Source: Verrucomicrobiia bacterium (GTDB lineage: Bacteria; Verrucomicrobiota; Verrucomicrobiia; Limisphaerales; UBA1319). From it: DNA of 64,000 nt. Shown in pieces: positions 1 through 10,245 of the stretch. Under the pieces are notes generated by a model. It was not told the DNA's origin and did no database searches. It saw only the letters and a program-made list of their open reading frames with translations. Made by a program: the position numbers and the translations under genes. The stretch spans positions 4,224,001 to 4,288,000 of the forward strand of contig OY760937.1 in the NCBI GenBank assembly GCA_963664225.1. Reading direction: 5' to 3'. Each line of letters opens with the position of its first letter. The stretch's first letter is position 1.

Positions 1-834
1 TTCTACAACTGTGTTGGTTTGACGGAAATCACGATTTCCACCAACGTCGCCTGGATTGGGGATTGGTCGTTCGCGGGCTGCACAGGCCTGACAAATGTGA
101 TCATTCCAAATGGCACAAGCCTGATCGGCGAATCCGCGTTTAGGGCATGCACGAATCTGAAGGGCATCACGATTCCCAACAGCGTCGCTACCATCGGAAA
201 TAACGCGTTCGATGGCTGCATCAGCCTGACCAACATTACGTTCCCCAACAGTATCCGCGACTTCGGATTTTTGGTTTTCAATGATTGCAGCAATTTGACT
301 TCCGTAATATTTGAGGGCAATGCCCCCACGCCTGATCCATATTACCTGATGGATGCTGGCAAGGATGTGCCGATTTATTACCGCATTGGAACCACTGGCT
401 GGAACACTACTTTTGCAGGTCAACCGACCGCAATATCGAGGCCCTCTTATCAGGAGTGGGCAGGGATCATGGGTCTGCTGGAAAAATTCCCAGATGCAAG
501 TGCCGGGAGTGACGATCCTGATCACGACGGAATGCGCAATCTCCAGGAATGGCAGGCAGCCACAGACCCCACAGATTCAAGTTCAGCTCTGAAGTTTGAG
601 AGCGAGCCGCGTCCTGATAGCCTGGCCGACACCGATAAAACCGACGTTGGACCTGACCAACATGCCTTGTATCTTCAGACCGTGCCGGGCAACAAATACA
701 AATTGGAAAGCGTTTCCGCGTTTCATGACGCATGGCAGACAGAAACCGCCGTCACCGCCACGACCTCTCAAAAGCGTGTTCTCGTCACAAAACCGCTCGA
801 TCAGCGTTTCTATCGCGTGGTCTTGGTGCCATAG
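1..834 (+). CDS. BspA-type leucine-rich repeat (LRR_5) surface protein, 5'-truncated by window edge
   Basis: Open from position 1. Repeats such as CTGLTNVIIPNGTSLIGESAF, then FEGNAP, a DPDHDGMRNLQEWQAATDP Ca-binding-like motif, and a C-terminal ...QRFYRVVLVP. Confidence 0.9.
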   Translation, partial: FYNCVGLTEITISTNVAWIGDWSFAGCTGLTNVIIPNGTSLIGESAFRACTNLKGITIPNSVATIGNNAFDGCISLTNITFPNSIRDFGFLVFNDCSNLTSVIFEGNAPTPDPYYLMDAGKDVPIYYRIGTTGWNTTFAGQPTAISRPSYQEWAGIMGLLEKFPDASAGSDDPDHDGMRNLQEWQAATDPTDSSSALKFESEPRPDSLADTDKTDVGPDQHALYLQTVPGNKYKLESVSAFHDAWQTETAVTATTSQKRVLVTKPLDQRFYRVVLVP

Positions 835-878
835 TCGGCAGGCTGGAGCCCGTTTTTTCATTTGATCAGGTGCCTCGG

Positions 879-909
879 TAAGGTTCCGTTAAGGTGTCTC
901 GGCTAGGAT
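879..909 (+). promoter_or_regulatory. Putative OmpR/PhoB-family direct-repeat operator and -10 of the RND operon
   Basis: TAAGGT at 879-884 and 890-895 (11-bp period), followed by TAGGAT at 904-909. Confidence 0.4.
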
Positions 910-1027
910 CGGTGGTTAATGCAGACTGACGTTGGGAATGAGCGACTGTTAATGACTTCCGTTGCTGATGAAATGCGAACTTAGGCCTTTCACCGATTCC
1001 GGTTTTGGAGTATTCAGGGGCATCATT

Positions 1028-2461
1028 ATGCGGCACTGGCAACGAGAATGGCGGAGGTGTTCCAACCGGACTTTAACGCTGGCGAGCCTGATCGCCGTGT
1101 CACTGCTGGCTCTCAGCGGCTGCGTGCGCTATCAATCCAAACAGTTGGATCCGGCGAAAAACCTCGCGCGCATTGAGCAGCGTTCGCTCGGCGATACGGC
1201 ACTGAAACAATACATCGAGCGGAATCTTCAGAAAGAGCAGACCCCATGGCCCCCCGCAAGCTGGGACCTGAAGATGCTCACGATGGCCGCCTTCCATTAC
1301 AATCCCGATATCGAGGCCGCGCGCGCGAAATACGCCGTGGTCGCCGCCGGAAAGAAAACCGCCGCAGAACGTCCGAATCCCACGCTCAGCGTCACGCCCG
1401 CGCGTAATACCACCACGACCATTCCATCGCCCTGGCTGGTGACCGCCACTATGGACATCCCCATTGAAACCGCCGGCAAGCGCGGTTATCGGATGGCCGG
1501 GGCCGGGCAACTCTCCCGGGCCGCGCAACTGGGCATTGCCAGCACGGCATGGGACGTGAGGACGCGCGTGCGCAAAAGCTTTCTGACCCTGTGGTCCGCG
1601 AGCGAAGCGGAAACGCTTTTGCAGCGTCAGATGGCCGCGCAAAGCAACGTCGTTGCGCTCCTCGATCAGCAACTCGAACTCGGGGCCATTGCGCGGACGG
1701 AATTGACGCGGGAACGCATCGCCCTGCAGCAATCCCGCCTGGCCTTTCTTGAGGCGCAGAACCGCCGATCGCAGGCGCGTGTGGAACTCGCCACCGCCAT
1801 TGGTTTGCCGGCGCATGCCTTCGACGACGTGGTTTTTAACTTCGACGCTTTCACGCAAGCCCCGCTTCCGCCTGTTTCCGCAGAGGCCCGCCGTCGTGCA
1901 TTGCTTGGCCGCGCGGATGTGCTCGCCGCGCTGTCCGAATACGCCGCCAGCGAATCGGCGCTGCAGTTGGAAATCGCCAGACAGTATCCCGACATTCACC
2001 TGAGCCCCGGTTACGAATACGACCAGGGCAATGACAAATGGGGATTGGGTGTGGGCGTGGAATTGCCCGTGATCAATCAGAATCGCGGTCCCATCGCAGA
2101 GGCGAAAGCCAGACGCAGCGAAGCCGCCGCGCAGTTCAACGTCCTGCAGGCGGGCGTGCTCAACGCCATTGAAACCGCCGAGGCCGGTTGCGCCAGCGCG
2201 CAGGCGCAATTGGACGCGGCATCCTCCATTTTAAAGGAAGCGGAGCAACGGGAAAAACTCGCTCACGGCATGTTCGATGTGGGAGAAGTTCCACGTCAGG
2301 CTTTAGCCGCCGCCGCCATCGAGCAAACCACAGCAGCCCTGGCCGCTCTGGATGCGCGCGCAAAGGCACAGGATGCCCTGGGCCAGTTGGAAGGCGCGCT
2401 GCAAAGCCCGCTCGAAATTCCCGCGTCGATTCTCGAAATCCCAAGCCCTCTTGATAAATAA
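1028..2461 (+). CDS. TolC-family outer membrane efflux lipoprotein
   Basis: Lipobox LSGC, two OEP-like helical repeats (NPDIEAARA, RADVLAA, YPDIHL), first gene of an RND trio. Start chosen at ATG 1028. Confidence 0.9.
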   Translation: MRHWQREWRRCSNRTLTLASLIAVSLLALSGCVRYQSKQLDPAKNLARIEQRSLGDTALKQYIERNLQKEQTPWPPASWDLKMLTMAAFHYNPDIEAARAKYAVVAAGKKTAAERPNPTLSVTPARNTTTTIPSPWLVTATMDIPIETAGKRGYRMAGAGQLSRAAQLGIASTAWDVRTRVRKSFLTLWSASEAETLLQRQMAAQSNVVALLDQQLELGAIARTELTRERIALQQSRLAFLEAQNRRSQARVELATAIGLPAHAFDDVVFNFDAFTQAPLPPVSAEARRRALLGRADVLAALSEYAASESALQLEIARQYPDIHLSPGYEYDQGNDKWGLGVGVELPVINQNRGPIAEAKARRSEAAAQFNVLQAGVLNAIETAEAGCASAQAQLDAASSILKEAEQREKLAHGMFDVGEVPRQALAAAAIEQTTAALAALDARAKAQDALGQLEGALQSPLEIPASILEIPSPLDK

Positions 2462-2465
2462 TGTT

Positions 2466-3521
2466 ATGCTTTTCAAACGCATTGTCCTGGTAACTCTGCT
2501 CTGTCTCGCGGTTCCCGCGTTCCTCCGGGCCGACGACGACGAGGAGAAGATCGAGACCGAGGTGGCCGTGCACGTTGCGCCCATTAAAAAGGCCACACTG
2601 CGCGCGTATGTCGCCGGTTATGGATCGGTCGAGGCGCAACCCGCCGGTCCCAAAACAGCCGCCGCTGGCGCCAAGATCTCCTCACCGCTCGCCGGTGCTC
2701 TGGCGGAAACGCTCTGCCAGGAGGGCCAGCATGTCGAAAAGGGTGTCGTCCTGTTCCGCCTCGATAACCGCCTGGCCGCTGCGCAAGCCGCCAAGGCCAA
2801 ACAGGCGCTTGCGTTTGCCCAGCAAAATCTGGAACGACAAACAGCGTTGCTCAAGGTTGAAGGCACCTCGCGCCGGGCTTTGCAGGAAGCCGAAGCGCAA
2901 GTGGCTTCCGCTACTGCAGAGCTTGAAGCCGCGCGCACGCTGCTGGATTTGCACGAGATCAAGGCGCCGCTTTCCGGCACGGTGACGAGGGTCAATGTCC
3001 GTAATGGCGAAGTGGTGGACCTCACCACGGTTCTGGCCGAATTGATCGATCTGGGCCGGTTGAACGTGGCGTTGACGGTTCCACAGGACGAAGCGTGGGC
3101 ATTAAAACAAGGTCAGGAAGCGGAAATCACCCCGGCCACCGGCGTGGCGTTTTTGACGGGCGTGGTCGAGAGCATTTCGCCACAAGTGGATCCCGCCACC
3201 GGCACGGTGCTGGTCCGCACGAGCGTTCCCGCGAATGCCCCGTTGCGCCCCGGCCAGTTCATCCGCGCGCGCATCGTCAGCGAGATTCGGGCCGACCGTC
3301 TGGCCGTGCCAGTGGAGGCTGTTGTCAAAGACCCGGAGACCGGCCCGTACGTGGCAGTGGTGGAAAATGGCAAGGCCCTCCGCAAGACCGTAAAGACCGG
3401 CCTGCGGGATGGCGGCCTGATCGAGATCGAAGGCGAGGGGATCAAGGAAGGTCAGGTCGTGGTCACACTCGGCGCCTACGGACTGCCCAAGGAAACCAAA
3501 GTGCGGGTGTTGGATAAATAA
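2466..3521 (+). CDS. RND efflux periplasmic adaptor (membrane fusion protein)
   Basis: Signal peptide, lipoyl-like halves (GQHVEKGVVLFRLD, IKAPLSGTV), VDPATGTV and LRPGQF motifs. Confidence 0.92.
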   Translation: MLFKRIVLVTLLCLAVPAFLRADDDEEKIETEVAVHVAPIKKATLRAYVAGYGSVEAQPAGPKTAAAGAKISSPLAGALAETLCQEGQHVEKGVVLFRLDNRLAAAQAAKAKQALAFAQQNLERQTALLKVEGTSRRALQEAEAQVASATAELEAARTLLDLHEIKAPLSGTVTRVNVRNGEVVDLTTVLAELIDLGRLNVALTVPQDEAWALKQGQEAEITPATGVAFLTGVVESISPQVDPATGTVLVRTSVPANAPLRPGQFIRARIVSEIRADRLAVPVEAVVKDPETGPYVAVVENGKALRKTVKTGLRDGGLIEIEGEGIKEGQVVVTLGAYGLPKETKVRVLDK

Positions 3522-3536
3522 AGGGAAACGCACCCC

Positions 3537-6500
3537 ATGACTTCGCCTCTCTCCACCAGCCATTGGGCCATTCGCCACGCCAAGGCCATCAGTTTCATCG
3601 CCTTCATTCTTTGCATGGCGGGAATCTATGCGGCATTGAAAATGCCGTCGTCGGTTTTCCCTCAAACCAATTTCCCGCGCGTCGTCATTCTCGCGGATAA
3701 CGGCGTGATGCCCGGAGACGAAATGATGGCCGCCATCACGCGCCCCATCGAGGAGTCCATGAAGGACATTCCCGGTGCGGTGACCATTCGTTCGGCCACC
3801 GGCCGCGGGTCTGCGGAGATCAACGTTTTCTTCAGTTGGAACACGGACATGGTGCAGGCGGAACTGTTCGTTTTGGGGCGGCTGGCGCAAATTCGCAGCG
3901 TCCTTCCCAGCACGGCCCAAACCACCGTCTGGCGGCTCACTTTCTCGGCGTTCCCGATCATTGGCGTCAGCCTCACCAGCCCTTCCCGCGACGTCATGGC
4001 CCTTTGGGAGGAGGCCCGCTACAACCTCAAACCGCGCTTCCTGCGCATCCCCGGCGTCGCCCGTGTGGATCTGGTCGGCGGACGCACCCCCGAATATCAC
4101 GTCATCGCAGACCCGGTGCGATTGCAGGCCGCAGGGCTTGGTCTTTCGGGAATCACCGACGCGCTGGCCAAAAACAATTTGTTCTCGCCCGCCGGAATGC
4201 ATGAGGAGAATTACACGCTTTACCTCGCTGTGGTGGATGGCCGCGTGCACAACATCGAGGAAATCGAAAATCTCACCGTCGGCGCGATCAATGGCCGCCC
4301 CGTGCAAATCCGCGATGTCGCCCGTGTGGAACGGGGTCCGCAGCCCGTCTTCAACGTCGTCACGTCCGAGGGCGTTCCCGCGGTGCTTCTGAACATCCGC
4401 AGCCAGCCGGACGGCAGCACGCTCGACATCGCCACAAACCTGCGCAAGGAGCTCGCCCAATTGCATCAAGACCTGCCTCCGGACATGAAGCTCGCCTTTT
4501 TCTACGACCAATCGCAGCTCGTCCGCGCCTCGGTCGGCAGCGTTTGGGAAAGCATTCTCTTCGGCCTGATCCTCTCCATTGTCATCCTGTATTTGTTCCT
4601 GAAAAACTGGACCACCACACTGGTGGCCATCGTGGTCATTCCCATCACTGTCCTGATCACGCTGGTGGCCATGCACCTGTCCGGATTGAGTTTCAACCTG
4701 ATGACGCTGGGCGGAATTGCGGCGGCCATCGGACTGGTGATCGATGACGCCATCGTGGTGGTCGAGGCCATTTACGCCAAGATCGCCACCGGACGCCCCC
4801 GGCTGGAGGCCATTCAGGAGGCTGTCGGCGAAATCATTCGGCCGCTGATTGGCTCCACCTTGACCCCGGTCGTCGTCTTCCTGCCGCTGGCGTTTCTGGT
4901 GGGAATCGCCGGTGTGTTTTTTCGCGCGCTGGCTTTGACCATGGTCGTGTCCCTGCTGACATCCCTGGCCCTGGCCGTCACGCTGACTCCGTCCCTGGCC
5001 TCGTGGCTCATGCGCGGCCGCGAGAAACTCGTCCATGGTCACGCTCCGAAGGACGGCGAAACGGGTCCGATCCTGCGTCTGGCCATCCGGGTTTACGAAG
5101 TGTGCGTCCGCAAGGCCCTCCGGCACGCATGGATCACCCTCACCGCCTGCTTTGCCTTGATGGCCCTGGGCGTCTTTCTTTACACGCATCTGGAAAGCGA
5201 CTTTCTGCCCGAAATGGACGAAGGCGGCTTCGTGCTCGATTACGTCGCGCCCTGGGGCACCAGTCTGGCGGAAACCGACCGCCAATTGCTCCAGGCGGAG
5301 GAAATGCTCAAGGCCACCCCTGAAATTGAAAGCTATTCGCGACGCACCGGGGCGCGTCTTGCGTTGGCCATTGCGGAACCCAATACCGGCGATTTTTTGG
5401 TCAAACTCAAGCCCCAGCGCAAGCGTTCCACCGCCGAGGTCATCTCCGAGTTGCGCCGCAAATTCAACACCGTACTGCCCGGCATCGAATGGGAATTTCC
5501 CGGCATTCTCAGCGACCTGATCGGCGATCTGACGTGGTCCCCTAAACCGATCGAAGTAAAACTATTCTCGACCGACACGGAATTTCTGAAAACCAAGGCC
5601 CCTCAAATCGAGGAGGAACTCAAGAAAATCAAGGGCGTGGTGGACACCACCGACGGCTTGATCATGACCGGCCCCACGCTCAGTTTGCGCGTGCGTCATG
5701 CCGAAGCAGCCCGACTCGGCTTTACCGTGGACGACATCGCTGCGGCAGTGAACACCGCCATGCTCGGCCGCACCTCCTCCAGCGTGTTGGAAGGGGACCG
5801 GTTGGTGGATATTCGTGTCACCTTGGAACCCACATGGCTGGGCCGCATGGCCGCCTTGCGGGAATTGCCTCTGCGCACGCCCGTCGGCGCGGTGGTTCAG
5901 CTTTCCCAGGTGGCTGACATTGTCGAGGAACCCGGCCAGATGGAAATGCACCGCGAGGATTTGCGCCAGAATATCTCCGTGACCGCGCGTCTTGAAGGCC
6001 GCGACCTGGGCAGCGCCATGAAGGAAATTCAGGAGAAACTGGGCAAGGATCCCTCTCTGCCCCCCGGCACCATTGAGTTCGGCGGTCTTTACGAACAGCA
6101 GCGCGAGTCCTTCCGCAATCTGCTGACGGTTCTGGCCATGGCCATCCTGCTCGTTTTCACCGTGCTCCTCATCGAATTCGGCTCCTATCGCGAACCCATT
6201 GCCATCGTCTTCGGTTCCGTGCTGGCCCTGCTGGGTTCCATCCTCGCCCTGTGGCTGACGGGCACCACGCTGAACATCGTTTCCTTTTTGGGCGCAACCA
6301 TCGGCGTGGGGATTGTGGCCAAGAACGGCATCCTGATGCTCGATTTCGTGGACCGTCTCCGCGCGGAAGGCGCCAGTCTCGAGGACGCCCTGGTGCGGTC
6401 CGGGCATCGCCGTTTGCGCCCGGTCCTGATGACTTCCATGGCGGCAGGCCTGGGAATGCTCCCTCTGGCTTACGGCCTGGGCACCGGCGCGGACATGCTC

Positions 6501-6632
6501 AAACCGCTCGCCATCGCGGTGATTGGGGCATTGTGCATTTCCGTGTTGCTCTCGCTCATCGCAACCCCGGTTGTTTATCTGCTGTTGACGGACAAGAGCG
6601 AAAAAACCGACGGTGCGGGTAATCAAAAGTAA
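3537..6632 (+). CDS. RND efflux permease (AcrB/CusA superfamily)
   Basis: 1031 aa, GLVIDDAIVVVE, KNGILMLDF and RLRPVLMT motifs, two TM clusters. Confidence 0.95.
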   Translation: MTSPLSTSHWAIRHAKAISFIAFILCMAGIYAALKMPSSVFPQTNFPRVVILADNGVMPGDEMMAAITRPIEESMKDIPGAVTIRSATGRGSAEINVFFSWNTDMVQAELFVLGRLAQIRSVLPSTAQTTVWRLTFSAFPIIGVSLTSPSRDVMALWEEARYNLKPRFLRIPGVARVDLVGGRTPEYHVIADPVRLQAAGLGLSGITDALAKNNLFSPAGMHEENYTLYLAVVDGRVHNIEEIENLTVGAINGRPVQIRDVARVERGPQPVFNVVTSEGVPAVLLNIRSQPDGSTLDIATNLRKELAQLHQDLPPDMKLAFFYDQSQLVRASVGSVWESILFGLILSIVILYLFLKNWTTTLVAIVVIPITVLITLVAMHLSGLSFNLMTLGGIAAAIGLVIDDAIVVVEAIYAKIATGRPRLEAIQEAVGEIIRPLIGSTLTPVVVFLPLAFLVGIAGVFFRALALTMVVSLLTSLALAVTLTPSLASWLMRGREKLVHGHAPKDGETGPILRLAIRVYEVCVRKALRHAWITLTACFALMALGVFLYTHLESDFLPEMDEGGFVLDYVAPWGTSLAETDRQLLQAEEMLKATPEIESYSRRTGARLALAIAEPNTGDFLVKLKPQRKRSTAEVISELRRKFNTVLPGIEWEFPGILSDLIGDLTWSPKPIEVKLFSTDTEFLKTKAPQIEEELKKIKGVVDTTDGLIMTGPTLSLRVRHAEAARLGFTVDDIAAAVNTAMLGRTSSSVLEGDRLVDIRVTLEPTWLGRMAALRELPLRTPVGAVVQLSQVADIVEEPGQMEMHREDLRQNISVTARLEGRDLGSAMKEIQEKLGKDPSLPPGTIEFGGLYEQQRESFRNLLTVLAMAILLVFTVLLIEFGSYREPIAIVFGSVLALLGSILALWLTGTTLNIVSFLGATIGVGIVAKNGILMLDFVDRLRAEGASLEDALVRSGHRRLRPVLMTSMAAGLGMLPLAYGLGTGADMLKPLAIAVIGALCISVLLSLIATPVVYLLLTDKSEKTDGAGNQK

Positions 6633-6814
6633 GTTGGAGCGCAGTCGGAGGTTGGTATGATATCGCGCAGTTGCCGCTGGCAGATGGGATTATTCACTTT
6701 ACGGCTTGCTTTCGGTTTTCCATGCAGCATTACTTATTCAATATGAACAGGATACGCACGATTATTTTGACGATTCATTTACGAGCGGGTTACCTGCAAA
6801 TAAACAATGTCTCG

Positions 6815-8641
6815 ATGATTTTGAGAACATGCGTTTTATCAGTATTCCTAGTATTATCAGGTTTGTTGACAATAGGTTACGCAGAAACATATGGAGATTA
6901 CACCTACTCGACAGACGGTGTATCTATTTCAATTGACGCATATAACGGGTTAGATGGCATTGTTATCATTCCGGATACCATTGAAGGCAAACCAGTCACC
7001 AGGATAAGTTATTTGGCCTCCATTGTTCCCGCCCGCCTGAAGAGTGTCTTTATCCCTGCCACAGTCACGAGCATCGGGGATTATGTGTTTTGGAACTGTA
7101 GTAATCTGATCGATATTAATGTAGATAAACGGAACACGACCTACAGCACTACGAACGGTGTGTTATTCAACAAGGGCATGACAATGCTCCTCCGGTGTCC
7201 TGGGGGAAAAACTGGAAGCTTCTTGATCCCCAATAACGTCACCGGCATTATGGATAATGCATTCCTTTTTTGCAGCGGGCTGACAAACATAATCATCCCA
7301 AGTGGCGTTTCCAGTATCGGATCCGCGGCTTTTGCCAACTGCACTGGCCTCACGGATATTACGATTCCCACTAACATAACGATCATCGAAGGTTCGGTGT
7401 TCTCTGGCTGCGGTGGTCTGACCAATGTTGTTTTCGGCAACAGCATCACCAACATCGGAATCGGCGCCTTCTATGACTGTACCAACCTGACGAGCATAAC
7501 GATCCCCAAAAGCGTGACGAGTATCGCGCTCTATGCTTTCATTCGCTGCACCGGCCTTAGGAATGTTACGTTTACCAACGGAATCACAAGTATTGGTGAT
7601 TCGGCGTTTGCCGGGTGTGCCGCTCTGACGAATATCACCTTGCCCGACGGGTTTACCAGTATCGGATCTGGGACATTCGATGGTTGCAGAGGACTTGAGA
7701 TGGTCAATCTCCCAAACAGCGTCACCAACATCGATAGCAGAGCATTCCTTGGCTGCAGCAGCCTGACGAGCATTACGATCCCTAACAACATCGCAATCCT
7801 CAATTCTTCGGTGTTCATGAACTGTAAAGGTTTAATTAGTGTTACGATTCCAAACAGCGTTGGTGTCGTTGGAGACGAGGCTTTCTCTGGCTGCACTCTC
7901 CTAGAGAGCGTCACGATCCCTAACGCTAACATTTGGAGAAGGACGTTTTTTAATTGCACCAACCTCACCAAGGTTGCAATCGGTCATGGCGGACGACTGA
8001 TCTATGATGAGGCTTTCGCAGGTTGCAATAGCCTGGTAAGCATCACCATCCCCGGCAATATCACGTGGATCGGAGAGCAGGCATTCTCTGGCTGCACCAG
8101 CCTGGCCAATGTGTTATTTGAGGGCAATGCGCCAACACATGCTCCCGATAACGTTTTCAATTATACCACTAATGTGACCGTTTATTACCGCGCGGGAACC
8201 ATTGGCTGGGGCACTGTTTTTGCAGGTCGTCCGACAGCGTTATGGCAACCTTCCTATCAGGAATGGGCGCAAACGTCCGGTTTGCTGGAGAAGTTTCCCG
8301 ACGCCAGCAGAGAAACCGACGATGCCGACCACGATGGCCTGAACAACCTGGCGGAAATGCAGGCGGGCTCCGATCCCACCAAGGCGGATTCAGCGTTGAA
8401 ATTTGAAGGCGCGCCTCTGCTTGAGAATCTGGCGGAAGAGGACAAGACCGCCATCGGCACCGATCAACACGCCCTGTATTTCCAAACCGTGCCGGGAAAA
8501 AAATACGAAATCCAGAGCACGACCGCTCTCAGTGGAACATGGCAAACCGAAACGAACGTCAGCGCCACGACCACCCAAAAGCGCGTTCTGGTCAATAAAC
8601 CGGCCAATCAGGAATTCTATCGCGTGGTCCTGGTGCCATAG
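6815..8641 (+). CDS. BspA-type LRR_5 surface protein (paralog of the 1..834 gene)
   Basis: Signal peptide from ATG 6815, many 23-aa CxxLxxIxIPxxVxxIGxxAF repeats, and a C-terminal ~170 aa clearly homologous to the first BspA gene. Confidence 0.92.
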   Translation: MILRTCVLSVFLVLSGLLTIGYAETYGDYTYSTDGVSISIDAYNGLDGIVIIPDTIEGKPVTRISYLASIVPARLKSVFIPATVTSIGDYVFWNCSNLIDINVDKRNTTYSTTNGVLFNKGMTMLLRCPGGKTGSFLIPNNVTGIMDNAFLFCSGLTNIIIPSGVSSIGSAAFANCTGLTDITIPTNITIIEGSVFSGCGGLTNVVFGNSITNIGIGAFYDCTNLTSITIPKSVTSIALYAFIRCTGLRNVTFTNGITSIGDSAFAGCAALTNITLPDGFTSIGSGTFDGCRGLEMVNLPNSVTNIDSRAFLGCSSLTSITIPNNIAILNSSVFMNCKGLISVTIPNSVGVVGDEAFSGCTLLESVTIPNANIWRRTFFNCTNLTKVAIGHGGRLIYDEAFAGCNSLVSITIPGNITWIGEQAFSGCTSLANVLFEGNAPTHAPDNVFNYTTNVTVYYRAGTIGWGTVFAGRPTALWQPSYQEWAQTSGLLEKFPDASRETDDADHDGLNNLAEMQAGSDPTKADSALKFEGAPLLENLAEEDKTAIGTDQHALYFQTVPGKKYEIQSTTALSGTWQTETNVSATTTQKRVLVNKPANQEFYRVVLVP

Positions 8642-9051
8642 AATCCCTCAACAAAACCGACCATCTTGAGATCACCCTGCGTGCAGGCGCGGAATAGTTT
8701 GGAATCGTCCTGCCAAAACCAGCTTAAAACCGGACAAAAAATCAGCGGTTTGGACAATTTTCTCACTATTTCTTAAATTTGAGGCAAAAAAACGACTGGT
8801 GCTACGATTATTATTTTAAGTGGAGTGTGAAAAACAGGGGTTCGATAAACGCTCTAAAACCTCACAAAGTCCACCGCTGCATAAAATGCTCTAAGTATTC
8901 ATAGCGAACGTTTTACATAAATATTGCGGCCCTTAAAAAGGAGGTAAAACTGCACCCAACAGTCATTCCATAAGATAATAGATGACATAAGCAGTCATTA
9001 TATCTTGCAGGACCGCTTGACTCAGAGACCGTTTAATGGTTTCTTATTCCC

Positions 9052-9238
9052 AAGAACACGAGATCAGATTTTGTGGCAGACTTATAAAAATTGTTCTTTG
9101 ACTGCCAAGTTACACTTTCGTTCTGAGTGACGTACACACTCTCAACGATGTTCCTCATGTTCCTACTGATGTACTGAGTTCGAAAATTCCCCGGGCTCCT
9201 GACCCATCCCCTGGATCAAGGAGCCCGGTTTTATTTTG
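9052..9238 (+). ncRNA. Candidate sRNA in ORF-free intergenic region
   Basis: TTGACT(9017)-N17-TTTCTT promoter-like element, internal helices, and a terminator with the T-run on the + strand although no + strand ORF precedes it for ~550 bp. Confidence 0.4.
9191..9238 (+). terminator. Intrinsic terminator
   Basis: CCGGGCTCCT (9191-9200) / AGGAGCCCGG (9219-9228) 10-bp stem followed by TTTTATTTT. Confidence 0.8.
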
Positions 9239-9243
9239 TCTTT

Positions 9244-9591
9244 TTATCCGAAAGTTTCGCTATTCCAACCCCAGTTTTCAGGTTTGATATCGATGAAGTT
9301 GATGTAAACCCGCTCTGGGCCGATTCCCAACTCCGTTTTCAGCAAGCCGCAGAGCTTTTTGGTCATGCGCTTGTTGACCTCTGCATTGAGCCCGCCAATG
9401 CTGCGCAACTCAACCCATGCGGCCGTCCCATCCTGACCGGACATCATCATTTCTGCCGACTGTAGGGTGGTCATGACATATTGCTCGGGCTTTCCGAGGA
9501 TTTCGGCCACCATTTTTGACAACTTCTGGAGCAGTTCCATGCCTGTGGATCCAACCAGTGGCGCGGAAGTTTTGATGTGGATGACGGGCAT
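9244..9591 (-). CDS. MIF / phenylpyruvate tautomerase family protein
   Basis: Begins M-P (catalytic Pro1). LGKPEQYV, SIGGL, RVYINF and WGWNSETF match the MIF family. Confidence 0.9.
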   Translation of the reverse strand: MPVIHIKTSAPLVGSTGMELLQKLSKMVAEILGKPEQYVMTTLQSAEMMMSGQDGTAAWVELRSIGGLNAEVNKRMTKKLCGLLKTELGIGPERVYINFIDIKPENWGWNSETFG

Positions 9592-9602
9592 GGCGCAAAA
9601 AA

Positions 9603-10100
9603 TCAAATGATTTTGAAAAGCTCCTCGATCGGTTTGCGACCGTTACGCGGGCTGGGATCGTCCGGGAAGCCCAGCGGAGTTACCGCCACGGATTGCCAGC
9701 CAGGCTCCACGCCGAGCGCGCGGTCCAACGCGGCGTGGTTGTAGGCGCAGATCCAGCAGGTGCCCAGGCCCTCAGCGGTTGCGGCCAGCACCAGATGCTC
9801 AAAGGCAATGGCCACATCGACCTCATGAATGCTCCGGCCATCGAGTTCCCAGGCATCCGCCGGGTGTCCCAGGGCCACCACCAGCAGCGGGGCCGACACA
9901 ACCCAATCGTGGAAAATGCCCGCCAGCGCCTTCTTCTTTTCAGCGGGTTTGAGAACCAGGAATTTCCAGGGCTGGCGATTGCAGGCGGAGGGAGCGAGTT
10001 GGGTGGCTTCGAAAATACGGCTCAGACTGGCTTCCGGTACGGAAACCTGTGTGTAACGGCGCACACTGCGGCGGATTTTAATGGCCTCGTATAAATCCAT
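9603..10100 (-). CDS. Nitroreductase family protein
   Basis: RRSVRRY, APSACNRQPW and GLGTCWI motifs. Confidence 0.93.
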   Translation of the reverse strand: MDLYEAIKIRRSVRRYTQVSVPEASLSRIFEATQLAPSACNRQPWKFLVLKPAEKKKALAGIFHDWVVSAPLLVVALGHPADAWELDGRSIHEVDVAIAFEHLVLAATAEGLGTCWICAYNHAALDRALGVEPGWQSVAVTPLGFPDDPSPRNGRKPIEELFKII

Positions 10101-10215
10101 GAACCTGCTCCAAAAACGTAACCGGATTGTAATGGATTTTTGCATCAAGGCAAGCGTCGGCTTTAATAAATTTCAATTTTTCCGGCCTTCGGAAAGAGGC
10201 GACTGCGTTTTCTCC

Positions 10216-10245
10216 CGTGTGATTCTTTTTGATATTCCTCACACG
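10216..10245. promoter_or_regulatory. NikR-type operator
   Basis: cGTGTGA-N16-TCACACg inverted repeat (GTGTGA 10217-10222, TCACAC 10239-10244). The E. coli NikR site is GTATGA-N16-TCATAC. It lies about 40 bp before the MHIPDG permease. Confidence 0.7.

Noticed and set aside
3102..5285. 727-aa minus-strand ORF and similar long antisense ORFs (e.g. 23807-25321, 27326-28855, 38829-40142, 47714-49078)
   Set aside because: They lie fully opposite well-supported genes and are expected from GC-rich codon bias.
8938..8973. Perfect AAGGAGGT followed by a CTG-started 7-codon ORF
   Set aside because: Non-standard start, tiny, and no supporting evidence.
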